A stretch of 64,000 bases of DNA from Rebecca billardiae RCC1528 (taxonomy: Eukaryota > Protista > Haptophyta), in NCBI GenBank assembly GCA_965240325.2, contig OZ251226.1:1798001-1862000 (forward strand). Direction: 5' to 3'. The notes beneath the pieces were generated by a model. It was not told where the DNA came from. It searched no databases and saw nothing but the letters and a program-made list of their open reading frames with translations. Position numbers and translations under genes: made by a program. This document shows, in pieces, positions 46,246-57,899 of the stretch (position 1 is its first letter; the number at the start of each line of letters is the position of its first letter).

Positions 46246-48531
46246 ATGAGCACACAATTGGCGAGGCGCAGCGCGCGCGTCGAGAGCGACGTCGCTCGCT
46301 TCCCGCCCTTTGCAAAGCTCGATCTCGCGCACGCGCCACCGACGAAGGTCGAGGGCAAGGCGCGAGAGAACGTGGCCGAGCGCGACGCGCGTGTGTGCTG
46401 CTTTGCGGCTCGTGACGTTGACGCTGGCCGACTCCGGCACCTGTACGACAGCCTGCTGCAGCCCGCGGTGCCAACGCTGATCTCGCACACAGAGCCGACT
46501 CGCGCGCCCCCTCTCGTGTCTCTCGACCCGCAAGGCACCCTGCGCGCCGCGCTCGATGCGGCACTCGCAGCGCGCGATGCTCGCGAGCTGTGGACGCTGT
46601 GCGAGCACGCGCAGCTCGCGTACGACATGCGCATCGTGCACGTGGATACCGAGTACACGAGCTGGTGGCTCTCGAGCTCGCCCATGCGCGAGGGCGGTGT
46701 GGCGGAGGTGCTCGACCGGTCTCGCGCGGACGCGGCGCCACTCGACCTCGACGGCGCGAGTGGCGCCGCGCGGAAGAAGCGACGCAGCGCCGCGGCGGCT
46801 GTGGCGACGGTCAAGGAGGAGGAGGAGGAGCCGTCCGCCACGGCCATGCGCAAGCGACGCGCCTCCGCCGCCGCGCGACTCGACGTCGACACGCCGCCTG
46901 CGGCCGAGGCACCGCCCGCAGCTGCCGTCCCGCCCAGATCAGGTGGGAAGCAGGCGGAGGCGGCACAGCAGCCCGCCCGGGCGCGCGCGGCAACGCCGAC
47001 CACGACGGAGGCTGCACGCAAGCGCGACGCGGCGAGGGTGGCCGAGCCGACAGTCGCGGCCAGCTCGACGGCTGAGCGGAAGCGCGAGGAGGAGATGGCG
47101 GCAAAGGCACTCGCTCTGGCCGAGGCGCACACTTCGCGCTTGCGGACGGAGTTGTCTCGGGCAGAGCGCGCCGAGCGCTCGCTCGAGCGTGGGAGTAGCG
47201 GACAAAGCGCGGCCGCTACAACGAGACGCAACCTCAAGAAGAGCGTGGAGGAGGCGAAAGATGCCGAGACGGAAGCAGCCGCGCACCGACAGGCACAGTT
47301 GCTCAGGCACCTGTCCCGCGCCGCGTGGCGCCGCGCGCGGGAGCTTGGCGCTGAGCTGCCCGCGTGGGCGTCATTTCTGCGAGCCGACGTGCCAGCGGTG
47401 GAGGAGCAGGGCGCAGCCACGTCGCTCGAGCGCGGGCCGTCCCTCATGGCGGAGCTCGAGGCGGAGATCGAGCACTTCGCCGACAAGTTCCGCACTCCTC
47501 GGCTCAGCCTGCGTGCGTTGGAGACTGGCGGGATGGGGTCTGCGCTGTGTGAGGCGGCTGCTGCACTCTGCGCGCTGCTTGCCGCCGAGCAGCTGCCCCT
47601 TGACGAGCGCCGCGAGCTCATCTACGTCGTCTGGAGGCTCGCCGGACCTGCGGAACTTCAGATGGCACTGTTGCCCGACGTCTATGAGCGCAGCATCAAG
47701 TCGAGCAGAAACGGGAGAGATCTCCGTACCGACGTCGGTACCGCACAGCTCGTGCGAGCGATGCACGGCTGCTGCCTGGCCCTCACGTGCTGCGTGTTCT
47801 GCGGCGAGATGAAGTGGCTCGGCAAGACGCACGCAGGTGCTGCTGCCTCGCTCGCTCGCATCGCACGCAACGGAGGTGCTGCGCGCTGGGCGATGGGATC
47901 GGCTGCGTACGCCCTCAACGACATCTTGCTCGATGAGGACCCCAGCTACTACTCAGGGTGTATGAACTTGTTGAACAAATACTACATGCCCACGTCCAAG
48001 CGCGGCAATACATCCTCGTCATGGAGTGACCATCCAGAGAGCGTCGTGGGACATGCGCTTGAGGCGCTATGCGTCCTGTTCACGGATGAGGACGCGCCGC
48101 TGGTGGAACGCGTCGCCGCTGCGGAGGCTGCTGGCATGCACGTGCGTCGCGAGGACTGTGAGAGAGACCTCCAGGGAGGGTCGCTCACAGAACAGGAACG
48201 CGACGCTCTTTCCCTTGTGCTGACGAGGTGGGAGCACGCACGTGGTGACGCCGAGGAGCTTGCTCGCGAACTCGATCGCGCCTACAAAGCTCATCACAGG
48301 GCCAGAGGAATGAGCGCCTCAAAGAGAGCGGCGCTTCCGCCGTATGAGTTGTGCAAAGCTGCGTCGAGCCTTGTCCACCACGACGATTCCCGGGTGGGAG
48401 GGGCGGACATTTTGGAGAAGTTCGAATCGGCGGTTTCCGTCCCGATCTCTATTTCACAAAGCTACTCGCGGTACCGTCGGAGTAATGTAAGTACGTATTT
48501 CGCGCGGGTGCAAATCATTAGTGGCACTTGA
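46246..48531 (+). CDS. Hypothetical protein, paralog B
   Basis: Intact 761-aa ORF, collinear with 40521-42719. Confidence 0.7.
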   Translation: MSTQLARRSARVESDVARFPPFAKLDLAHAPPTKVEGKARENVAERDARVCCFAARDVDAGRLRHLYDSLLQPAVPTLISHTEPTRAPPLVSLDPQGTLRAALDAALAARDARELWTLCEHAQLAYDMRIVHVDTEYTSWWLSSSPMREGGVAEVLDRSRADAAPLDLDGASGAARKKRRSAAAAVATVKEEEEEPSATAMRKRRASAAARLDVDTPPAAEAPPAAAVPPRSGGKQAEAAQQPARARAATPTTTEAARKRDAARVAEPTVAASSTAERKREEEMAAKALALAEAHTSRLRTELSRAERAERSLERGSSGQSAAATTRRNLKKSVEEAKDAETEAAAHRQAQLLRHLSRAAWRRARELGAELPAWASFLRADVPAVEEQGAATSLERGPSLMAELEAEIEHFADKFRTPRLSLRALETGGMGSALCEAAAALCALLAAEQLPLDERRELIYVVWRLAGPAELQMALLPDVYERSIKSSRNGRDLRTDVGTAQLVRAMHGCCLALTCCVFCGEMKWLGKTHAGAAASLARIARNGGAARWAMGSAAYALNDILLDEDPSYYSGCMNLLNKYYMPTSKRGNTSSSWSDHPESVVGHALEALCVLFTDEDAPLVERVAAAEAAGMHVRREDCERDLQGGSLTEQERDALSLVLTRWEHARGDAEELARELDRAYKAHHRARGMSASKRAALPPYELCKAASSLVHHDDSRVGGADILEKFESAVSVPISISQSYSRYRRSNVSTYFARVQIISGT

Positions 48532-49589
48532 TGAAGTCGTTCCTTCAATTCCTCGAATCACCTCCGCCCGCCCTATTCACCTACCCCTCGACCTTCGCGT
48601 TCCACAAGGAGCGTCCCGGCAAAGGGCGCCCCGGCGCGAGAGCCGCTGCCAAAGCCTCGGTAGTCGGCGGGCAGTGGGCTGGGTCTCGGCGGACGGGTGC
48701 GAGTCGAGTCAGGGCCGCGCGGGGGCCGAACGGGCGGGGGAGAGACGCGGCGTCCATGGCGTATTCGCGTGCGCGCATGGATTGCTCGAACCGCCCGAGG
48801 TAGTGTGCGCCACATGTGCGTGCAGACGGCACGACGCCGCGCGAGTCAGCCAGACTGTGAGCTCGTGGTGCTCGCGCCACACGGCGCCCGCGCTGCCCAA
48901 GCAGTGTGCGCCGGAGGAGAAGAGGAAGCTGGCGTGGGTGTCAGAATGTACGCGCGAATGCACCGAGCCCAACGCACGCATCCGCGCACGCATCCCCTTG
49001 TCTGTGACTTTGTTCACTCCGGCGGCTCAGGCCGCCGATGCGTGCCAAGTGAGGTTGCCGTCGCTGCGCCCACATCGCAAGATCGTCTTGGTCCATCGTG
49101 CTCGCGACTACCCACTGCTTGGCCCGTGATGTAGCGTAGACGACTGCTCGCCGGCTCTGGCACTCGCCGGGTCCATGCGACGGCCGGGTGCGGCGCGCCA
49201 CGCGGCCGAGTGGACGGCCCGGGCAGCGGGGCCACGCCGGTGGCCCGCGCAGCGCTCGCGCACACCGCGTGCGTGCCGCAGCGCCGCGTACGGGCACCAC
49301 TGCGCTCGCGGCTGGGCGCAGTGCAGCTAGCGGTCTGCCTTATTCTAGCACTCGCTACACACGGCCTGCTCCCTAGACTTGATGGCATCTGAAATGGTGC
49401 TGGAAGTCGAGCGTCCACACCGGCGTGCCGGCAGACGCTCGTTGCGGTCAGGTGTTGCGCGGGCGCAAGCCGTTGGCAGCTAGAACCCAGCTGACCTCGC
49501 GGACGCTGTGTTGCTCTCGCCAGCTGCCGAGCACGTGCCCTTGCTTGATCGCCGTGAGAGACGCGATCGCGAAGAAGTCTCAGCCGGCG

Positions 49590-49945
49590 CCGCAGAGCGG
49601 CAAGCGGCACATGAGATAGGAGCTCGAGCTCGCGCAGCCAACACACTGGCGGTCCTCAGCAACGAGGCCGATGGCAGTGACGTCGAGCGCGCTGGCCTCG
49701 ACCTGGATATCGGTCCGCTTGGTCGCGTCCACGGCTCGGTAGTGCGCTGCGACGCGCGTGAGCAGCCTCCCGAAGATCGCCGCGTGCTGCTGCTCGCGGA
49801 TGTGGGGGACGGGTCACTGGGGTTGGACGGACCACAGGATCTTGCTGTACCGCGCGACGAGGGTGGGCACAGCCTCCGCCGGCGGGCGGTGCAGCTTCGC
49901 GCTGTGCTAGATGGCAACGATGGCAACGTGGTGATGTACTGATTA
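49590..49945 (-). pseudogene. Decayed coding fragment of unknown origin
   Basis: Protein-like frame (AVPTLVARYSKILWSVQPQ*PVPHIREQQHAAIFGRLLTRVAAHYRAVDATKRTDIQV) interrupted by stops. Confidence 0.3.
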
Positions 49946-50664
49946 AACTGCGAGCGCGGCAGCCCGCAGCAACGCTTGGATTCGACGCACGCCAAGCGTG
50001 TCACGCCGATGCTGCGTGGGCGTGCCGCGCGCGGCGCGCGCTGCGCCCCCGCGCCTTGCTCGGGGCAGCGGGGCTCGCGCGCCGCGCCCGGAGTTGTATA
50101 TTTATGCCTGCTGACTTGGCCTCGCCCCCGCGCGCGCCACCGCCCGCGCTGTCGCGCCGTCCGGCCCAGCACGCGCGCAGGTGATGGCGACGATCGGCCT
50201 GCCGCACAACGTCCAGTTCTACAAGTCGCAGGGCACACGGTACGATGGCTTCCGCGAGGCGTTGCTAACGGGCCGCGACGTGTTCGTGCAGTACGTGATG
50301 CCGTGGGTCAGACATCCGCAGAGCTGGGTGTCGGTCGGCTGCAGCACCGTGCGCGACGTCGAGTGTGTGTGTGCTCGGGCACATCAAGGCCTGCGGTGCG
50401 CGCGCGCTGCAGCCGTGCCACCGGCCCCGCGCGCGCCCGCCATGCGGGCGGTGTGGGCGGTGTGTGCGCCTGCCCTGCGCCGCGCCGCTCGCCCCGCCGC
50501 CTTCTCTCCAACCGCCGCCTGACGTTGAGGCAGCTCCCGCCCTGATCCTCCCCTCCCTCCCCGAGCCTCCTTCCGCCGCCCGGGCCGGGGGCCCCCGGGG
50601 CGCGGCCGATCGAGAACTGGGCAGGCAGATTGAAAGGCGGCTTGTTCAAGCCGCTGGAGTTGTA

Positions 50665-51283
50665 TTGATGGTGCAAGAAAACCTAGAGCCCCGGCCCAGC
50701 GCGGGAAGCGGCGACACCGCCCTGCGGCGTGGTTCGCCCCGCGCTTGTGGGGGCTAGCGGCTTGCGCATCGCCATCGGAGGAAGTTCTTGGCGCCTGTGG
50801 GATGCTCGTGAAGTGCGTTTGCCCGCGCGAGCACGCGAGGGGTGCATTCCTCTCGCTCGCCTCGCGCCGGCGCGCGTGCGTGCGCTCGTTCGGAACAGCA
50901 TGTTGAACCCCGCGATCACGACCGCGTGAAGCCCACGCACGTGACATTGTGCCGGATGACAGGGCGCCTGGGGCCGGGCAAGTATACTACGGATGCATAC
51001 GTCGGGATGACATCGTATGCCACCCTCGCTAGTGCACCGAATGCCCCTGATGTGCTGTCCCGCGTGCATCACGACCGTCCGCGTGCCGTCGTCGAGAGTG
51101 ACCCACCCAACTTCAGACTGCAATATTAGGTCCCAGGGTGATGCTCAGGTCCCCGGGGGTGTTGGGCCTGTATCATGGTGTCAGGGAGACCCAGAATGAC
51201 TTATTCGCCGGATGGCCATCATACCGCTGAGACCTAATATACCCGTGTAACGGTCGGGGCTCTAGGTTTTCTTGCACCATCAA
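50665..51283. mobile_element. Tc1/mariner-type MITE (619 bp)
   Basis: Perfect 29-bp TIR TTGATGGTGCAAGAAAACCTAGAGCCCCG / CGGGGCTCTAGGTTTTCTTGCACCATCAA. TA TSD at 50663-64 and 51284-85. Confidence 0.9.
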
Positions 51284-51589
51284 TATCCTACCAAAGGAGC
51301 CGCCTCTTTAACAATCGGGTTGTTTAGGGTTCAGGCTGGTGCCTTTTAAATGCGGGTACGGACAGTCGTTTGAGATTCTCACGAAAATGACCGCCGTCCC
51401 CGTGGGGGAATCGTCGTGGTGTTTCGTCTTGACGAGGCAAGGGACATTCTCTCGCAAGAATATGACGACTCGTCAGCTACCGTTGATGACGATGATTAAT
51501 ATGTAACAGTCGTCGTATCAACAGCAGCAGCGCACAGACATCTATCACTACCGTACTGACACTCTGAGCAGACTTTGACTAGAGTCGAC

Positions 51590-52381
51590 CTACAGCTGCT
51601 GCCGTGACTTGGCTGCTGCATCAGCTGCTGTCGCATAGGACTGACGTAGCCATTGGACGCCCGCCACCGGGTACGCACTGTACGGCGGCGGCGGCGCGCT
51701 GGGCGCCCCGTCGCCACCCGCCGCGGTCGTGGGCCGCGCCTCGTCCGCGCCTGACCCCACCACCTCGCCGGCAGCCGGCTCCTGGAGCTGCGTGCGCTGG
51801 CGACGAATGCGCATCGCGCGGCGCACCGCCGTGCCCATGAGCATGAGGCAGAGGAGTGCGAGCGCAAGAGCGGAGACAAAGAGCGCGCCCACGAGGAGGA
51901 GCACGATGACGATCTCCTCCGCCAGCGAGACCACCGGGTTGCAGAGCGCGCCCGTGCCCGCGCTCGACGCGGCGCGCAGCGTCGCCTTCACAGCATGCAC
52001 GCCCAGGGCAACAGTCGCTCCGAGCGCGAGTGTTCCCGTGGTGGCGGCGGGCGGCGAGTCGGCTTGAAGCGTGGGTGCTGCGAGCGCGATAGCGCCCGCC
52101 GCCGCATGCACCGGGACGAGCAGGACGTGCGCGGCGTGGTCCAGCATCGGCACCTTGTCGATCACAAACTCCAGCACGTACGCCAGCGCGAGCGAGACTG
52201 CCGCGCCTTGGCCGCCGAGCCAGGCGGTAACCTGGGCGTCGTCGATGGGAAGGCCGGAGTTTTGGTGCGCAAGGCAGACCACGAGCAGCGGCAGTGTCGC
52301 GCGTACGCCGGACGTCGTGCACCCCACTATACCGATGGCGATGAGCTCGAGCTCGCTGCGCGTCGGACCATCATCCGACAT
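51590..52381 (-). CDS. DUF4126-family membrane protein
   Basis: SGVRATLPLL...WL...LEFVIDKVPMLDH...AAAGA...KATLRAAS...NPVVSLAEE fits the DUF4126 pattern. Intronless. Confidence 0.8.
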   Translation of the reverse strand: MSDDGPTRSELELIAIGIVGCTTSGVRATLPLLVVCLAHQNSGLPIDDAQVTAWLGGQGAAVSLALAYVLEFVIDKVPMLDHAAHVLLVPVHAAAGAIALAAPTLQADSPPAATTGTLALGATVALGVHAVKATLRAASSAGTGALCNPVVSLAEEIVIVLLLVGALFVSALALALLCLMLMGTAVRRAMRIRRQRTQLQEPAAGEVVGSGADEARPTTAAGGDGAPSAPPPPYSAYPVAGVQWLRQSYATAADAAAKSRQQL

Positions 52382-52670
52382 CGTCGGCGATGTGATGAAA
52401 CACGACGATTCAGACCACCGTATCGCGCGTAACCGTACTACTACTACTACAACAGTACTTCAGTAGTAGTAGTAAGTAGCCCGTAACGGACTTACGTTTC
52501 CCGTGTACTAAGATCATCAGTGTCGCCCAACTGTTAGTGTTACTGTGTGGCGTGCACGTGTTCGTGGAGCCCATACGACCCTCGTCCCGGACCCGGTCGC
52601 CGCACGCACGGAAGCAGCTCGCCGCAGTGAGCGCGCGTCTGCACGACGAGCATGCAGGCTCGACCCCGGC

Positions 52671-55600
52671 TCATCCTCTGTCGGGCGACGCGGCCCCGCC
52701 GCCGAGCGCGACGTCCGCGCCGTCCTCCTCAGCGAGCACGTCCTCGAAGCCGAGGATGGTCTCGGCAAACTCGCCGGCGCCGAGGGTCTCCGGCAGCACG
52801 TCGTCGACGTCCACTTTGCCCGTGAGCGCCTTCAGGCACTTCTCGAGGTCGTCGCGACTCAACGCTTCGCCTGCGACCCGAGGCGCGCCGCGCGCGCGCG
52901 CAGCCACACCGCGCGCGTGAGCGCCACTCCGAGGCGCGCGAGCGCGCGGCGGCACGGCGCTTGGCGTGGCGCGCGGTCGCACGCACGCACCGAGGTTCTC
53001 GAGCGAGTAGAGGAGATGCTCCCTGCTCACCTTGCCGCCGAGCTCGTCGTCCCCCTCGTTCATCAGGTTGAGCGCCTTGAACGCCTCCTCGATGTGCTCC
53101 TTGCCCACGCCAAACACGGGCCGGTGGTTGACGTACACTGCGAGAGGCGCGCCGCGCCGAGCGCGCGTTTGTGCGCCGCAAGCAAGCGTGTCTCGTCCGC
53201 GGTCGCGTCGCGCGCGCGCGGTCGCGGTCGCTCGCTCGGGCACGCGCGGGGTGTGGCGGTGCGGCGCGCACGTCGGATGAAGTCGTCAAAGTCGATGTCG
53301 TGCACCAGCTCGCCCGTCTGCACCACCTTCATGTGCGACGCCTCGAGCATCATGTACTCCACATCCTTCTCGGACGGGTAGAAGCCAAGCGCTCGGACGA
53401 GGTTGGGCAGCTCGGCGAGCGGGACCACGCCGGTGATCTGGCGCGGCAGCTTGGTGTCCTCGCCCTGCGCGCGGAGCTGCGCGTAGTAGAAGTAGTCGAC
53501 GATCTCCTGCACGAACGCGCCCTCGCGCCCGCCCTCGAGCAGCTCCATGAACGGCCCCACCGCCGCCTCGCCCTCGAGCTCGGGCGCGCGCAGCCCGGCC
53601 GTGTGAATCCGCGTCATGTGCACGCACAGGTCGCTGCCGCCCGCGGTGAACATCCAGCGCCCGTCCCACGAGATGCCCATCGCCGAGATCTCGCCGGCGT
53701 GCGCGATCGCGCCCATCGTCTTGTGCGGGCTCCCGTCGAGCGGCAGCTGCACCAGCCCCGTCACCTTCTCGCGCGTCGCGTACGCCACGTACCGCGGCTC
53801 GTCCTCCGAGCCTCCCGGCTCTCTGGGCACGAGCACGAGCGCGCTCGGAGGCCCGCCGTGCGTGGGCGCGAGCAGCGTCGAGCGCACGGCGCGCGACTTG
53901 GGCTCGTACACGCGGAACTTGAACTGGTCGTTGGCGATGAGGATCGAGCGGTCCACCCCGCACGCCCCGCCGTGCGAGTGCCACATGCACGCCGTCGGCA
54001 CGCTGAGCTGCTCGATCTTGACGGACGAGCGGAGCACGATGCCGCCCGTCACCGACGAGCGCGCGAGGTCGTACAGGACGACTGTGCGGTCCTGCGCGAT
54101 CGAGACGAGCTCGGGCGTGTCGTCCGCGCTCGCGCCGAACTGCAGGTCGGTGATCGGCTTGTAGTGCGCGTTGTGCTTCCCCAGGTACACCCACTCCTTC
54201 GGCTTCGACTCGTCGTCGTCCTTGGGCGCCCACTTGTACACGGCGACGCACCGCTCGACGTCGGCGGTCGCAAAGTAGGCCACGTCGTGCGAGAAGCCAA
54301 TCTTGGTGATGACGTCCTTCGAGTGGCGGAAGGTGGCGACCTCCTCGAGCGTGGCGCCGCTGAGCACCTTGAGCGTGCCGTTCGTGAACCCCGCCGCGAG
54401 GTACTTCCCCTTCGGGTCGAACGCCAGCGCCGAGCCGAGCAGCCGGTCGAAAAGGCGCATGAGCAGGATCTTGGGCTCGTCGTAGTCCCACAGCTGGAGT
54501 GTGCCCGAGTAGCCAGAGATGGCAAAGCGCGGCAGCGACGGGTGGAGCGCGAGGCCGTGGACGGGGGCGTCGTTGCCCTGCACGAGGAGCGTGCCGCGCC
54601 GCTCCGCCTCCTCCAGCTCGTCGAACAGCCGCGCCGAGCACGAGATGATCAGCGCGTTCGCCGTGCCGATGATGAAATCAGGGCAGCGCAGCGTGCCCGC
54701 CGCCGCGGTCATCTCGGTGTAGGTCATGTTGCCCGGGCCGAGCGCAAACGAGAGGGAGACGATCGAGCCGGCATCGAGGTCCTCGAACCACGCGACGACG
54801 CGGAACTCGAAGTCGAAGAAGCGCACGTGCCCGTCCGCGCCGCCCGTCACGATGAACCGGTCGAGCAGCGCGATGTGGTTGATGGCGCTGCCGTGGTGCA
54901 TGCGCACCACCTTGACGGCGCGCCGGTCGGCCGACGAGACCTCGGGCAGCACCACCTGGTCCCAGAGCACGACCTCGCCGTCGGTGGTGGCGGAGATCGC
55001 GCGCGTGGTGCCCGGCAGCAGGTGCGAGACCGTGAAGTCGCCGACGGGCTGCTTGAAGTCCCGCTGGCTCATCGGCGGCGAGTAGTACTGCAGGCCCTCC
55101 GCGTCGAGCGCCCAGAAGACGACGCGCTTGTCGCCGTTCGAAATCAGCTCGGACGGGTCGTCCAGGTTGAACCGCACGGTCTTCTGGAAGTCGCCGACGG
55201 CGACCTCGGCGCTGGTCGAGGGGCCGTCGTCGTCCGTCATCCAGTGCCACACCGAGATGATCTGCGGCGTGTCGCCGTCCGCCTCGCGGCTGAGCGTCAC
55301 GATCTGCTTGCCGTCGGCCGAGATGTCCATCGCCACCACGCCGTTCACGTGCGGCCGAACGACCGTCTTGACGGCGAGCGCGCTGTACGAGTCCCAGACG
55401 ACGAGCATGGGCTCGGGCCCCACGTCGGCGGTGACGATCCACCGCTTGTCCGCCGAGACGCAGCACGAGCTGATCTCGTTCGCGTGCCCCTGCAGCAGGC
55501 GCTGCGTCTTGTTGGCCGTGTCGTAGATCACGCCGTTGTTGCTCGCCGTGTAGAAGATCGCCTGCGCGGCGCAGGTCGGGGCGGCAGCGCGGCGGGATGC

Positions 55601-55911
55601 GGCAGAGGGGCCGCGTGGGCGTCAATGCCGTTCGCTTCGCGCGAGCCTCCGCGGGCGCAGCGGCAGGGGGCGCGCGAGAGGCCCCGCGGCCGCACGCACC
55701 TGCCGGTGCTCATCCGTCAGGCTGTGCACGCCGCCCGGGATGTCCTTGTTGAAGCCAAAGACCCAGTGCAGGGCCTGCACGCCGCGGCGGCACAAGGAGG
55801 GGCGCGTGTGACTCAGCCAACTGGGCGGGGACGCGCCCGCCGTCGGTCCAGCACGCGCGAGCCGCAGCGCACCAAGGCATCCGTCTCATCCGGCGAGGGG
55901 TCGTCCGCCAT
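52671..55911 (-). CDS. CFAP251: Cilia- and flagella-associated protein 251 (WDR66), multi-exon
   Basis: LHWVFGFNKD, QRLLQGHANEISSCCVSADKRWIVTAD, WD40 repeats, LLEGGREG..FVQEIVDYFYYAQLRAQG, ALGFYPSE, YVNHRPVFG (EF-hand-like tail). Confidence 0.9.
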
Positions 55912-56064
55912 CACTGCAGTCGTTGAAACGACTCGGGTCAGCCCAGCAGCGCGTTTTCAAAAAGACGCGACGACGAAAAGAAAAGCGCGGAAAATAAAGC
56001 CACGGATTTTTCGGCGCGCTTTTCCAAAGGGGAAATATAAATTGCACCCGCGGCAGGCGGCAGC

Positions 56065-56575
56065 ATGGCGCACCTTCTCAACCCGCGGACTCTGCCCAAG
56101 GTGCTCGCGCAGGCGAACTCCGACGGGATCGCGACAACCATGTGCGTGCACGATGCCAGCACGCGCTGCGCGCGTACCCGGTGCTGCGGCATGCTTCCTG
56201 CGCGCTGCTCGCCGGCTGCGCACCCACAGACCCAGCGCGCATCCCCGCCACCATTTCCGCAGGCTCGTGGACCACACTGGGACTCTGATCGCGTTCAGCG
56301 GTGAGCACGCGGAGGAGGAGGTCACACGCGTGGCGGCGATCGCGAGTAACGTCTGGCGTTGCCACGGTACGACAGCTGAGAGCCTTCCCGGGGCTGGCAG
56401 GCTAGCGTTTGTGCACATTGCCATGGAGAAGGCGCAGCTGGGCGTGTGCGCCTCGAGCGACTACATGGTGGTTTGCCATGCCTCCACAACCACGCCGCCC
56501 GGCTATCTAAAGGCGCGCACACAGGCGGTGGCGGGGCAGCTGCAGCCGGCGCTCTCTCAGGTATCGAGAAGCTAG
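56065..56575 (+). CDS. LAMTOR2: Ragulator subunit LAMTOR2 (roadblock); intron ~56142-56262
   Basis: LLNPRTLPKVLAQANSDGIATTMLVDHTGTLIAFSG...AAIASNVW...GYLKARTQAVAGQLQPAL. Confidence 0.88.
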
Positions 56576-57252
56576 GCCGCGCGGCCGAAGAAGGACCTTG
56601 TCCGGTGCAAGCTCAGCACCGCGACAGGTCGGCGGCACGGGTGGTGCTGCAGCACCGCTGTCCGGGCCGCTGGGCCGGCCAGTCCAATGCGCCGTGCCGA
56701 GACGATCATGGGCACACGGCCAAAGGCGCTGTGAGGAAGGCCGATGTCATCGTCGGTGTTCGACCCGTCGAGCGGCAAGTACGGGTGCAAGTGCCAGCTG
56801 GCTCTGCCCTGAATCATGTCCGAGCGGCGACTGCGGGCGCCGGAGGGGCGCCCGCGCCGCGGTCGCTCAGGGGCCAGTTGCGATGAGTAAAAATATGTGA
56901 ACTGACGGTATCATCGCGCGTGATCCTTGCTGACGTAATAAGCAGCTACGTATTGTCGTCAGACTATATGATGCATGACATGATGACTTGGAGTGGCAGC
57001 TGCTAGGCGCGCGCCGCCCTAACGGGCAGCCTAACCGTCACCGTGTCGGACCGCGCTCACGGCGCCCGCGGGCGCGGCCCACTGGCCACTGGCACCGTCG
57101 GGGTCTGGGAGCGGCTGGGCCTGCCGTCTGCCCGCGGGCCGGCTGCCAGCTACGGCCTGCGACGCCCGGCCGGGCCGGCGAGGACAGTAGCCTGTACTAG
57201 TCTGCTCGTAGTAGTTGCGCGGTGTATTCGTTGTGGGCGGACTGTGTGTGCG

Positions 57253-57427
<175 letters not shown>

Positions 57428-57899
57428 CGAACGAATAGCCATAATCAGCCAACATCGCTAGTGACTCCGTTTCGATAGAGTCATAGGCCAGATCCGCAGA
57501 TCGATAATAACTATTATTTAAAGTCCCAGTGTCATAGTTTCTTTACTAAAATATTATTAGTCGGAGCAGTCATCGCCGTTCTCGCCGTTATTAGCGCGCT
57601 ACATTATACGAGCGCGCGCGGTGGCCGTAAGCATATGATTCATGACGAGTGCGCTGCATGCTACTCATGCATGCTGACGATGTCGACGATTGTCATACTC
57701 GTAGCGGCTGTCGTAGTTATAGCAGCTTATGAGTTATTACGTTCCGGGTTATTATTCAATTCATTGTCAAAGACGCCGCGACAGTACATGCAACATGTCG
57801 TCCCAGAGTGAGAGTTCATAAGCGCGCACCATCGGCCATGCGCCGGCACCGCAGGCAATGTGCAGTCTGACTGAATGTGCAGACGCCATACGATGGCGA

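Noticed and set aside
45241-46641. 466-aa extended NmrA ORF
   Set aside because: The extension is antisense to paralog B; the real start is MPNLV at 46137.
53171-56575. 1134-aa ORF on the + strand
   Set aside because: Antisense to CFAP251 in stop-poor GC-rich DNA. Only its last ~100 aa are real (LAMTOR2 exon 2).
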